In this document: positions 39,608-49,419 of the stretch, piece after piece
How positions within the stretch are numbered: position 1 is the stretch's first letter
Layout of the letters: each line of letters starts with the position of its first letter
Assembly: GCA_948442695.1 (NCBI GenBank)
Contig: CAOJSF010000003.1
Coordinates: 46,716-110,715, forward strand
Source: an uncultured Clostridia bacterium
GTDB taxonomy: Bacteria > Bacillota > Clostridia > Christensenellales > UBA1242
DNA length: 64,000 bases
Direction: 5' to 3'
The notes under the pieces: generated by a model
What the model saw: only the letters and a program-made list of their open reading frames with translations
The model's database searches: none
Told to the model about the DNA's origin: nothing
Program-made: the position numbers and the translations under genes

Positions 39608-40120
39608 TTATAAATCCATCACCTTTTCTTTGTCTTTAAAGTTGGCACTGCCATTTATAAACTCTTTTTGTTTTCCCAAAGTTTCAATTGACAGGTCAAC
39701 AAGTTTGATATCATGATCTATTGCAACTTCAACAATTCTCTTGTCAACTTTGTATGTGGTATATTTTTCTAAATGCTTAAATAGTGAAACAATCAAATCT
39801 TCATGCAATCTTAAGTCACGCTCTATGCTTTTAAGCACTGCAGTTATATCTTGCTTCTTAATAGATTCGTCAAGAGATTTCAATATTTCCTTTGAATGCT
39901 GATCGGTCAAATCCATAAGTTTTTCATATTTATTTAAAGCAAACATAACCTCTTTATTCTCTTCTTCTTTTATGATATGTTTATCACTCTTTCTCACCTT
40001 TGCAAGAACTTCTTTTACACTCTCAAAATTTTGAATCATGACGCTCACGCATTTGTTAACCTCAGCATTCAATTCATCATAATTGTATTCTTTTCCGTTG
40101 AAACTATAAATTTGATCCAT
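39608..40120 (-). CDS. paralog C of the same family
   Basis: It begins MDQIYSFNGKEYNYDELNAEV and contains LKSIERDL. Its promoter and 5' UTR are near-duplicates of those of A. Confidence 0.65.
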   Translation of the reverse strand: MDQIYSFNGKEYNYDELNAEVNKCVSVMIQNFESVKEVLAKVRKSDKHIIKEEENKEVMFALNKYEKLMDLTDQHSKEILKSLDESIKKQDITAVLKSIERDLRLHEDLIVSLFKHLEKYTTYKVDKRIVEVAIDHDIKLVDLSIETLGKQKEFINGSANFKDKEKVMDL

Positions 40121-40237
40121 CAGTTTTCACCTCTTTTCAATATTTTATCACATTTATAATGCCCTTGAACGACTTTTTTTATATCAGAAATGTCATTTTC
40201 TCTTGACAAAATTCACTTTTTCTTTATAATATATAAT

Positions 40238-40651
40238 ATGATAAACATTTATAAAAGATTAAATTGCGCAATTGACTATATTGAAAGCAATTTGTTTGAA
40301 GACCATGACAGCAAAAAAATCTATCAGATTTTAGAACTAAACAGTTCTGTTGCGAATCCTGTTTTCGAACTTTTTGTTGGCTATACAATAAAGGATTATA
40401 TCAGAAAACGGAGACTAAGCGAAGCGGTCTTTATGATAGAAAACGACAGAATCATTGATGTTGCAATATCTTGCGGTTACAACACAAGGGAGGGATTTTC
40501 TCGTGCTTTTCATGCCTTTCATGGTGTCAATCCTTCCAAATGCCTGACAAATTTCAGATATCTTGAGAGAGTTCATTTTGATGAAGAATTGCTTGCCCAC
40601 CCTATAAAAAATTGCAACTTTGAGACTTTTAAAAAAAGAGAAAAGATTTGA
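40238..40651 (+). CDS. short AraC/XylS-family HTH regulator (DNA-binding domain only, MarA/SoxS-sized)
   Basis: AISCGYNTREGFSRAFHAFHGVNPS. The likely start is the ATG at 40238. TTGACA (40203-08), a 17-nt spacer and TATAAT lie just upstream, so the mRNA may be leaderless. Confidence 0.75.
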   Translation: MINIYKRLNCAIDYIESNLFEDHDSKKIYQILELNSSVANPVFELFVGYTIKDYIRKRRLSEAVFMIENDRIIDVAISCGYNTREGFSRAFHAFHGVNPSKCLTNFRYLERVHFDEELLAHPIKNCNFETFKKREKI

Positions 40652-40942
40652 AAACAAAGTCTATCAAAAACCTGCCACATCCAACTTTTCTTTATATCAA
40701 AAAAAGACTGAAATCAATCAGTCTTTTTTTAGAAACTAAAGCAAATCATAAATGGAATTATTGTTTTTTCAGCACAGAAGAAACAACTCGAATGAAACGA
40801 GTTTTTTTAGAGACAAGAGAAACAACACGAATAAAACAAGTGCTTTTCTGCACGGAAGAACTGACTCGAATAAAAAGGCCGTTTTCTTGATTTTTAAAAT
40901 AAATTAAAATTTGAATATCTTTATTTTCATCATCTTAAATAT

Positions 40943-42454
40943 TCATTTCTTCCCACCTGAAACCTTTTCAAGAATCAGTTTCAAATATTTTGAAGTGAGA
41001 GGTAATGACAAAACAAAGTATATTGCCATGCCCAGCAAAACTGCAAGAAGAATGGCAAAAAGTCCGGACATAAGCGAAAGAAAAATCTTTACAATCATAA
41101 ACATTATTATCACTGAAAGAATGGGCAAAACACAATCAAAAAATGGAAGTTTTATAAGATTACCCAGTTTTATAAGCACACAAACTGACACGATAAGAGA
41201 AAGCACAATATTGCTTATGGCGATTGAATAAATTGATATTTGTGACATAGGTGCAAAAATAAACAGAAATGCAATCTTCCCAACTCCACCTATCAAACTG
41301 AATGCAAAAGAAAAACTATAATATCCATTAGCCTGCAGGATTGAAAGTAAAAATTGCATGATAGCGGTAAGAATAATTGAAATGCCCGTCAAAATGGTCA
41401 GTTGCATTGCAATCTTGTTTAACCCTTCAATGACACCTGGATAAATAAGTGGATAAAGTCCTCCCGAGATTGACATTATACCCACAACCAGTGGGAGCAA
41501 GATATACCACATTGCAAGAAAAGATTTTTGTATAATCTCCTTCTGCCCATCTCTGTCTCCTTTTGCAACGAGATATGAAATGTTTGGCAAAAGTGAAACA
41601 GCAACTGCAACCGAAATGATAAGCGGAAAATTCAAAATTGCACCAACCACACCTGTCTGCAAACCATACAGTGATGTCGCAAGCACTTTTGAAAGCCCTG
41701 CCTTTGTAAGAAGGGAGATTATGAAAAGTGATTCAATCGCATGAGAAAGAGGCACAACAACACCTCCAAAAGAAAGTGGCAAAGATGCAACAAAAAATTC
41801 ATGCCTGCCAGACCTGTTAAAATCCAAACCCTTGACTTTAAAACCACAATAGGCAAGATAAATTGATGCAAGCACCTCGCTTGTAAGAATCCCCAAAAAA
41901 GCACCAAAGACACCTCTTGCAACAGTGCCTCCGCTCAACAAATAAGCAAAGACAAGCCCAAATCCAAACTTCGCCACCTGCTCAATAATTTGGCTCACTG
42001 CCGTAGGTGTCATATTGTTATAGCCCTGCATAAGTCCTCTCATAACCCCTACAAACCCGCCCAAAGGAAGAATAAGTGCTATGAGAAGATAACAATTTGC
42101 ACCCTCATCAATTCCTTGAACTGAGGCAAGACTTCTTGAAAACAAAAGAAACATTGCCGAAAATAATATACCCAGCCCCAAACTAAACATAAGTCCATAT
42201 CTAAGATAGGAACCCACAATTTTCTGGTCGCCCCTTGCTCTTGCACTTGAAACCAGTTTTGAAAGAGCGTTTGTCACCCCACCAGAGACAAACACCAAAG
42301 CAAGCGAATAGATTGACATGACCATTTGAAAAATGCCTATTCCCTCCATTCCGACAATGTTTGTAAGAGGCAATCTAAACAGCCCGCCAAAAAATTTGCA
42401 GATGATTCCGCTTAAAATAAGTATAAAAGCACCATTCCCAACATTGTTTTTCAT
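40943..42454 (-). CDS. MOP-superfamily flippase (MurJ/SpoVB-like)
   Basis: About 14 TM segments. The N-terminus reads ILSGIICKFFGGLFRLPLTNIVGMEGIGIFQMVMSIY. The likely start is the ATG at 42454. Confidence 0.8.
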   Translation of the reverse strand: MKNNVGNGAFILILSGIICKFFGGLFRLPLTNIVGMEGIGIFQMVMSIYSLALVFVSGGVTNALSKLVSSARARGDQKIVGSYLRYGLMFSLGLGILFSAMFLLFSRSLASVQGIDEGANCYLLIALILPLGGFVGVMRGLMQGYNNMTPTAVSQIIEQVAKFGFGLVFAYLLSGGTVARGVFGAFLGILTSEVLASIYLAYCGFKVKGLDFNRSGRHEFFVASLPLSFGGVVVPLSHAIESLFIISLLTKAGLSKVLATSLYGLQTGVVGAILNFPLIISVAVAVSLLPNISYLVAKGDRDGQKEIIQKSFLAMWYILLPLVVGIMSISGGLYPLIYPGVIEGLNKIAMQLTILTGISIILTAIMQFLLSILQANGYYSFSFAFSLIGGVGKIAFLFIFAPMSQISIYSIAISNIVLSLIVSVCVLIKLGNLIKLPFFDCVLPILSVIIMFMIVKIFLSLMSGLFAILLAVLLGMAIYFVLSLPLTSKYLKLILEKVSGGKK

Positions 42455-42505
42455 GGTTTTATGATGTCTAAAGAAAATAAAAGTATACAAATTTCAAAGT
42501 TTTAG

Positions 42506-42707
42506 TTGACAAATAAATAAAAATCGGTTAGAATATCCATGTTTATATTTTATATTTTGTGACAGACATCAATCCGCACAAAAATTCAGATCCGCACAAA
42601 TAGTCTGAGTTCAAAAACTTTAATTATAATCAACTCCTTCAATTTTTATTAATTAAAATTTTAAAATCGATGTTTGTACAAAATATAAAGTCTAAACATT
42701 TTTTTTA
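42506..42707 (+). promoter_or_regulatory. promoter plus a long-range inverted repeat and T8 upstream of pnuC (candidate leader/attenuator, or a MITE-like insert)
   Basis: TTGACA (42506-11), a 17-nt spacer and TAGAAT (42529-34). The arms at 42539-42570 and 42669-42699 are complementary at about 28 of 32 positions, and T8 (42699-42706) follows directly. The interior carries ATCCGCACAAA twice. Confidence 0.45.
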
Positions 42708-42867
42708 TAATTTCAATTTAAACAATAGTAATTGTTTCAAAATTGTTTTTTATATTTTTGATATTTTAAAATAAAACAATGCTGTTTTATTTTTTTATCA
42801 GTCTTTATTCAAAACTTTATCAAGAGACTTAAATAAAGTTTAAATTCATCATACAAAAGGAAAAATT

Positions 42868-43908
42868 ATGGCAAACAACAAATGTAAAACTTTTTTTGTA
42901 AACTTATGGAATAAAATCAAACAAATCTCAATCAAAGTTTGGAAATACTTTTCGTTATATGAAAAATTATGGTTTTTGACAATAACCATTCTTGCATTCG
43001 TATTTGCTTTTGTTTTTCCTGAAGAAGATGTGGGCGGAATAAATGGCAAAGTGATTATGACACTTTATCTTGTCGACATTTTTTCAAATATCCTATGCGA
43101 ACTTCTAATATCTAAACAGTCCAAATGGAATTTCCTAGTTTCTCTTATTGTAGAATTTACCGAAATTGCAATCTGTATTGTTTGTGCATATCGATTCGCA
43201 ACCATGGCTGTCACAATCTTCTTCTGGATACCTGTCGATATTATCAGTTTCTTCGTTTGGCATCGTCACCCTGATAAGAGAGAAACTGAACTTACCGAAG
43301 TGCGAAAACTCAAAGGCTGGCAGGAAGCACTCGTCATTGCCGGAATTGTTGTTTGGACTGTGGGAATAGGTTATCTTCTCACCCTCATCGACACAGAAAA
43401 TGGAATTCTCTCATCTTCACCTGTGCTTGAAAAAATTGTTTGCTATTTTGACGCTTGTTGCAGTGCTGTCGGAATCGCAAATGGTCTGTTTATACTCTTT
43501 CGATATCAAGAACAATGGATTGCATGGTATATCTGCACCTTCCTTGAAATAGCCATGAATATCATGGCTGGACAATGGATTTTGCTGGTCTTGAAGGCAG
43601 GCTATTTGACAAACACCACATATGGATACATCAAATGGAACAAATATATAAAGGAAAAAAGAAAACTTGAGCAAACTCAGCAAAATGATTCCTCAACCAT
43701 GCAAAATATTGAAAATGAGACGATAGAAAACAAAAATATATCACAAGAGTCAATAGAGCAAAACCTTATAGAAAATGATGAACATAAAACAGCAAACATA
43801 CCAGTGCAAGAAGAAAACATCAACCAAAATGATAAAAATCAATCAGAACAAGAAAATGAACATACTCAGTTTGATAAAATTGAAAACACTTCAAAACAAA
43901 AACCTTAA
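42868..43908 (+). CDS. pnuC: nicotinamide riboside transporter PnuC with a low-complexity Q/N/E-rich C-terminal extension
   Basis: Motifs LISKQSKWNF, FFWIPVDIISFFVWHRH and WIAWYICTFLEIAMNI. Confidence 0.8.
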   Translation: MANNKCKTFFVNLWNKIKQISIKVWKYFSLYEKLWFLTITILAFVFAFVFPEEDVGGINGKVIMTLYLVDIFSNILCELLISKQSKWNFLVSLIVEFTEIAICIVCAYRFATMAVTIFFWIPVDIISFFVWHRHPDKRETELTEVRKLKGWQEALVIAGIVVWTVGIGYLLTLIDTENGILSSSPVLEKIVCYFDACCSAVGIANGLFILFRYQEQWIAWYICTFLEIAMNIMAGQWILLVLKAGYLTNTTYGYIKWNKYIKEKRKLEQTQQNDSSTMQNIENETIENKNISQESIEQNLIENDEHKTANIPVQEENINQNDKNQSEQENEHTQFDKIENTSKQKP

Positions 43909-44031
43909 TAAAATATTTAAACTTTTGAAACTAGAAAATAATACCCTTATGTTTTGAAACTAGAAAATAATACCCCATTTATTGTTTATAAATTTTGAAT
44001 CCAACAAAACCGAATTAATTAAATTATAAAC

Positions 44032-44063
44032 AAAAAAAAGCATATCAAATGATATGCTTTTTT
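44032..44063. terminator. bidirectional terminator between convergent genes
   Basis: A8-GCATAT-caaatg-ATATGC-T6. Confidence 0.6.
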
Positions 44064-44069
44064 AAACAA

Positions 44070-44543
44070 TTAAAGATTAACATTCGCAACTTTTTCACCT
44101 TTGCAATATAAATCAAAAACATCATTTCCTACATATGAAACATTTGTAAATGTAAGAATTACTGTTTTATCTTGATTTGCTTCAAGTGAAAACGAGATGT
44201 ATGGGGCAGAAGTTGTAGTATCAGTATAAAATCTTTGGCAATATGATTTTGCTTTATCTAAATTTGGGTGGTTGACATTATTAATAAAAATTTCAACACA
44301 AGAGAAATTTTTTGTTTCTTCAGTATTATTCTTAAAATTAACAACTATCGCCATATAATTCTGAGGTATATTCTTAAGAGAATTTATTATTGTGTATTCA
44401 ACCTCTGCGACTTCTTCCTCTTCCCCAGGTTTTTCACCACAAGCAGTAAACAATATTGATGAAAATATAATACAAATTGTTATAAACGCTATAAAAATAA
44501 TATAAAATGATTTTTTATTTGCTTTTGTCATTTCTTTTCTCAT
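44070..44543 (-). CDS. probable lipoprotein, hypothetical
   Basis: A signal-like N-terminus ending ILFTAC, followed by GEKPGEEEE. Confidence 0.55.
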   Translation of the reverse strand: MRKEMTKANKKSFYIIFIAFITICIIFSSILFTACGEKPGEEEEVAEVEYTIINSLKNIPQNYMAIVVNFKNNTEETKNFSCVEIFINNVNHPNLDKAKSYCQRFYTDTTTSAPYISFSLEANQDKTVILTFTNVSYVGNDVFDLYCKGEKVANVNL

Positions 44544-44590
44544 TAAATTAGTATATTCTATCTATAAATCTTTATCAAAAAACGTTTTCT

Positions 44591-46030
44591 CTAAAAATCA
44601 CTGTAAGCCTTTTCTTCATCCTCAATTCCATCACTTGCAGAACTAAGACTTTCTTCATCCTCAATTCCATCACTTGTAGAACTAAACTTTTCTTGACTTT
44701 CTTCATCATGCAAAGAATTAAAATCAATCGTGAAGTTCCTTAAAGATTCATCAATATCTTCCTTTTCCTCAAATTTTGAATCCCCTGCATTAAGTTCTTC
44801 CCTAGAATTAGAGCCTGATCCGAAGATAGCCTGATCAACTATATCTTTTCCTATATCTATGATATTTTCTATGACATTACCCATAACGGCACCAGCGGCA
44901 ATTTCAATCATATCTTTGATAAAATCACCTACTCCGCTTGCCGAAGATGAAGAATGTGATGGTTCATCAAGTGTAACTCCTTGTCCTTTTTCCTTCTCGT
45001 CGTCTTTCTTTGCTGGTTTCTTTTTGGCAGAACTTGAAGACGATTTCTTTTCCGCTGATTTTTTTGCAGAAGATTTTTTGCCCGCTTTGAGCATCTTCTG
45101 TTTGTCAGTTTTGTTGTGAGACTCCATTTCCATAGGCCCTCTCATAGAAGCCTTGTCAATTTGCATGAGTGTCTTATTCATCTCCATGACAATCCTTTGC
45201 ACCTTGACTGGGTCGAGCCCTATCTTTTCATAACCACCATATTCATCAATAAGCCTGTCAAGTAAAGCCTTATAACTTGTATAACGGAATTTCTCATTGA
45301 TTTCAATATCGCTCTCTGAAAGAAGCAATCTATATTTTGCCAGAAGTTCTTGTCCCAACGGCCCACAAGACTCAAGTTCTTGAAGCAAACTCATAACAAA
45401 TATCTGTGAAGCGGTGTCATAGAGCCCGCCAGTGATAAGTTCAAAATCAAAAGCATCTTGCATTACAACGGCAAGTTCTGGCACAGCAAAATCATCGACC
45501 TTAACATTTACATCCACAAGGTGGAAGGCCTTGCGAAGTTTTATACGGAAATCGTCATCATACTGGTCTGTATAGTTTGCAATATGTGAAACAATATATT
45601 CATTTCCTAAAAAGTTGTCAACATATTCGGCAAGGTAAAGAGAGGCAACAGCAGTTCCGTCCTCCTGTTTTTTGATTTTTATTGTGTAATAAAAATGCTT
45701 TTTCATATAAAGAGCAATTGCTTTATAATACTCCTCGCCCTGGTCTTCAATTTCCTTTTCCATGTTGATAAGGTCACGCTTGATAAGGTCAGGGATGACA
45801 TAATTGCCATTTTCATCAACCTTTCCAACCAGTTTATATTTCATCGCCATTGTTTTCATTCTATATTTATAAAATGTGACAAAGGCTGGCTGGGTCACAA
45901 CAATGTCGCTCCCAAACACAGGATAAGGTTTGACTTCAACCTTCTCTTCCTTTTTCTCTTCATTTTCATTTGATTTTGCCACAGGTTTCTCCTGCACTGA
46001 GGCAAATCCTACGCTTTTATTAAATTTCAT
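44591..46030 (-). CDS. hypothetical protein with a K/S-rich and acidic disordered C-terminus
   Basis: The ATG at 46030 (MKFNKSVGF) avoids the 76-nt overlap with the upstream gene that the track start implies. I recognise no family. Confidence 0.55.
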   Translation of the reverse strand: MKFNKSVGFASVQEKPVAKSNENEEKKEEKVEVKPYPVFGSDIVVTQPAFVTFYKYRMKTMAMKYKLVGKVDENGNYVIPDLIKRDLINMEKEIEDQGEEYYKAIALYMKKHFYYTIKIKKQEDGTAVASLYLAEYVDNFLGNEYIVSHIANYTDQYDDDFRIKLRKAFHLVDVNVKVDDFAVPELAVVMQDAFDFELITGGLYDTASQIFVMSLLQELESCGPLGQELLAKYRLLLSESDIEINEKFRYTSYKALLDRLIDEYGGYEKIGLDPVKVQRIVMEMNKTLMQIDKASMRGPMEMESHNKTDKQKMLKAGKKSSAKKSAEKKSSSSSAKKKPAKKDDEKEKGQGVTLDEPSHSSSSASGVGDFIKDMIEIAAGAVMGNVIENIIDIGKDIVDQAIFGSGSNSREELNAGDSKFEEKEDIDESLRNFTIDFNSLHDEESQEKFSSTSDGIEDEESLSSASDGIEDEEKAYSDF

Positions 46031-46074
46031 AATTTCATTATAAATCAAAACTTTATAATTGTCAAAATATTTTT

Positions 46075-46389
46075 TTAATTTTTCCTTAAATATGACACGC
46101 AAAATGGTTTTTCTTTGATAGAATTTAGAGTGATTCCATTTGAAACACAATCACCATTGTGATTAAACAGACAGTCTGCCTTACATTTTATTTCAAGTGT
46201 CTTTGAATCTCTCTGAGGTGCATAGTCAGGCACCTGAGTAAACATATGCTTTGTCACATCCTGACTCTCTTTGCCATCCTCCTTTTCATATGTCGAACAG
46301 ACTATCTCTCCATCCACCAAAATATTCTTAGCCTTGCAGGTAAATCTATCATTAAATTTGCAAAGTCCCTTTCTGCATCTTATATCCAT
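46075..46389 (-). CDS. DUF1540-like Cys-rich protein
   Basis: There are two C..C.....C modules: IRCRKGLCKFNDRFTCKAKNILV and IKCKADCLFNHNGDCVSNGITL. Confidence 0.6.
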   Translation of the reverse strand: MDIRCRKGLCKFNDRFTCKAKNILVDGEIVCSTYEKEDGKESQDVTKHMFTQVPDYAPQRDSKTLEIKCKADCLFNHNGDCVSNGITLNSIKEKPFCVSYLRKN

Positions 46390-46545
46390 TTTCGCCCCTC
46401 CTTAAAGAAAATTATTGACAAAAAAAGTTGTTTTAATCATTCAGTTATGCTATTCATTTGACAAAATTTCAAATTACGCTATTTATTTGACAAAATTTTA
46501 AAATTAATTTACAATAAATGTAATAATGACTAAAAGGAGAAAGAA

Positions 46546-46989
46546 ATGAAGGTTTTATTATTAAGCGATGTTCGAGGAACAGGCAAAAAAGGAGAAATAA
46601 AGGAAGTTGCAGACGGATATGCAAACAATTTTTTAATTAAAACAGGCAAAGCAAAGCGTGCAGACAGCAGTGCCATAAGCGAAAACAAAAACAAGATTGC
46701 CGCAAACGACTATCATAAAGAAATGGAAAGACAGGAGGCAGTTGCCCTTTCAGAAAAACTTAAAGGTCAAAAATTTTCTGTCAAAATAAAGTGCGGTGAA
46801 AATGGTAAAACTTTCGGCTCTGTGACAGCAAAAGAAATTGCTGACGCACTAAGTTTAAAGGGCTTTGACATTGACAAACGCAGAATAGAACTTAAAAACC
46901 CTATTCGCACTATCGGAGATTTTGAAGTGATAATAAAACTTCATTCAACAGTCTCTGTCAAAATCACAGTTGAAGTCACTTCTATTTAA
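46546..46989 (+). CDS. rplI: 50S ribosomal protein L9
   Basis: [31 protein letters not shown]. Confidence 0.95.
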   Translation: MKVLLLSDVRGTGKKGEIKEVADGYANNFLIKTGKAKRADSSAISENKNKIAANDYHKEMERQEAVALSEKLKGQKFSVKIKCGENGKTFGSVTAKEIADALSLKGFDIDKRRIELKNPIRTIGDFEVIIKLHSTVSVKITVEVTSI

Positions 46990-47196
46990 CTTTTAAAACA
47001 CTTGTGAAATTTTTGCTTTGCTATAAAAAAGAAAAAAGATTTATAGTTTAAATTATTTAGTTTTTCACATTATTTCTAAAAAAAATTTTGAAAGGCAGGA
47101 AAAATAAACCTGCTTTTTTAAACTTTTAAAATTTTATTTTCATAAAAATATTGAAATGTGACTTTATATATGTTACAATTCCTATGGAGAAAAATT

Positions 47197-48192
47197 ATGA
47201 ACGCTTATCTTGAAAAAATTAAAAATTTGTCAACAAGCGAAATCCTTGCAAGCATTGACAATAATTTCTATCAAAACATCACAGATAAAAACGAACTTAA
47301 AAAGTTTGCACAAATATTTGCCTATAAATATTGTGAAGAGCGAAACATATCTCAGGTTTATGTAAGATTTATAAAAATGAATCCAGGAGAAATGGGCGAA
47401 TACGGAAACAGCAACTTTATTGTCGGCATAAATGCCAACTTTTTAAAAGCATTTGAAATCTTTAAAGAAATTCAAAACATTGATTATGTATTTGAGTTTT
47501 GCAATACCATTATTCATGAACTTCGTCATCATGAACAGATTTTATCTTTTGGACATGACATACATCCTGTAGTAAAAAATTTTGCAGTGATTTGCAAAAG
47601 TCTTCCAAATTATGGATTCTTAACAAATTATTACACCTATTCATGCAACCCTATCGAACTTGATGCAAGACACTTTGCTTATAAAACTCTTTCTAATATA
47701 GAGTCTTTTAAGCCATATTTAAAAAGTCAAAGTTATGTAAAAATTGAAACAAACGGACTCAACAACTCATTCCTTAATGTCGTAGAACTTTTAAATGACA
47801 AAGATTTTGTAAAAGGCGGAGAATTTACAAATACAAAAAAATATCAAGCAAACATCAAAAATATAAAATCTTATATTAAAAAACTGGCAAAAGACAATGG
47901 CATAAATATCGTGGGGGGGGGACCTTCTAAAATCTTTACATGGCAACAAAATCTTGAAAACATCAAATTCAGCGGAATTCTCGGTGCTGAAATTGCACCA
48001 GATTTCTTCTCAAATCCTTTCACAAGTGATTTCAATTCACAAGAAGTTGAAGATAAAGTAAACGAGGAAATTGAGATATTTGACGAGATAATTTTTGGTG
48101 ACCCTGCTGACTATGACCAAATGTTGGCATCTGTCAAAACTGCATCAGTTGAAAACAATGATTACTTTGAAATTGAAGTCGAGGCTGAATAA
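47197..48192 (+). CDS. hypothetical HExxH (putative zinc metalloprotease-like) protein carrying an in-frame G9 tract
   Basis: NTIIHELRHHEQ contains HExxH. The likely start is the ATG at 47197. The G9 tract at 47913-47921 encodes VGGG and is in frame. Confidence 0.6.
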   Translation: MNAYLEKIKNLSTSEILASIDNNFYQNITDKNELKKFAQIFAYKYCEERNISQVYVRFIKMNPGEMGEYGNSNFIVGINANFLKAFEIFKEIQNIDYVFEFCNTIIHELRHHEQILSFGHDIHPVVKNFAVICKSLPNYGFLTNYYTYSCNPIELDARHFAYKTLSNIESFKPYLKSQSYVKIETNGLNNSFLNVVELLNDKDFVKGGEFTNTKKYQANIKNIKSYIKKLAKDNGINIVGGGPSKIFTWQQNLENIKFSGILGAEIAPDFFSNPFTSDFNSQEVEDKVNEEIEIFDEIIFGDPADYDQMLASVKTASVENNDYFEIEVEAE

Positions 48193-48384
48193 TCTAAAAA
48201 TTGATGTTTTAGATTTGTAAAAAAATTAGTTGTTTTATAAAAAATTTTAATAAAAAATTAAAATAATCAATAAACAAAAAATATCTGACAAAATCTGACA
48301 CAATTAGAAAAAAATCGAAGATAAAAATACGACATAAAAAAGTTTTTTATCATAAAAGACTTAGTTGAAACATAAGAGGTAACA

Positions 48385-49128
48385 ATGAAAATAAAAAATT
48401 TCTTTTCAAAGATTAAATATGCAATCATCCCGTTTATTATTTTTATAATAGTCTTATTTCTCTCATTCTTTGGTGTGGAAATGCTGTATAAAGCGGGACT
48501 TATCAATGCGTCTCAATATCACCTATCAATATTTGACCAGTATATTCCCCTTGTGCCTGAGTTTATTTATGTCTATTTCCTCACCTTCCCACTGGGCATT
48601 GTGCTGTTCTTCTATTTGGCATACTCAAACAAAAAAGCCTTTTATAATCTCTATGTCACTCTTGTAATTTCTTTTGCAATCTCAGGTTTTATCTACTTTT
48701 TCGCAGAAACTATTTTGACAAAACCTGACTTTGACCCTGTTTCATTCACCGACAAACTTCTTGTTTGGACATGGGGCTCAACTGCACCAGTAAACAACTT
48801 CCCTTCTCAGCACTGCTTTATGGCAATCGCAATCATAATCGGATGTTTGACTGCAAACGGCAAAGGCAAAGAAAGGAAAATGAACAAAATTTTCATCTAT
48901 GCATCGGTGATAATCTCATTGCTTATCTGTATGTCAACAGTATTTACAAAACAACATTATTTCCTTGACATTCTCGGTTCTTTTGATATTATGCTTATTG
49001 TATATTCTATTGTCAGAGTTTGCGGAACTGGAGATAAACTTGCAAACTGGCAGGAAAAACGAGAAGAAAAAAGAAAAGTCAAAAAGATTGAAAAACAGAT
49101 GAGAAAAGAAAGCGAAAATGCAAAATAA
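48385..49128 (+). CDS. PAP2-superfamily (PAP2_C-like) membrane phosphatase/transferase
   Basis: About 6 TM segments, with FPSQHCF and KQHYFLDILGS (HxxxD). Confidence 0.6.
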   Translation: MKIKNFFSKIKYAIIPFIIFIIVLFLSFFGVEMLYKAGLINASQYHLSIFDQYIPLVPEFIYVYFLTFPLGIVLFFYLAYSNKKAFYNLYVTLVISFAISGFIYFFAETILTKPDFDPVSFTDKLLVWTWGSTAPVNNFPSQHCFMAIAIIIGCLTANGKGKERKMNKIFIYASVIISLLICMSTVFTKQHYFLDILGSFDIMLIVYSIVRVCGTGDKLANWQEKREEKRKVKKIEKQMRKESENAK

Positions 49129-49240
49129 TCAAATATTGAAATCAATGAAAAGTTATCTACTTATTTTGACCTGTCAATACTTTAAAACAACAAAATAAAA
49201 AACACTTAAAATTTAATTTTAAATATTAAGTTTGAGAATA

Positions 49241-49269
49241 AAAAAACCACGGAAAAATCCGTGGTTTTT
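49241..49269. terminator. bidirectional terminator
   Basis: A6-CCACGGA-aaaa-TCCGTGG-T5, between convergent genes. Confidence 0.7.
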
Positions 49270-49419
49270 CATATTATTCATCTGAAATAATATTTATTAA
49301 ATTGACTTGCCATACAGCACTTTTATTAAATTTCTTCAACAACTAAGATTTTTTATCTCTACAAAACATCAAACAATATTCTTTAATCAATGTTTTAGTT
49401 GCAATTCAACAAAAAATTA

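Noticed and set aside
40648-40890. 80-aa ORF downstream of the AraC gene
   Set aside because: It is made up of three tandem terminator-like repeats, and the repetitive peptide (EETTRMKRVF / RETTRIKQVL / EELTRIKRPF) is an artefact of reading through them.
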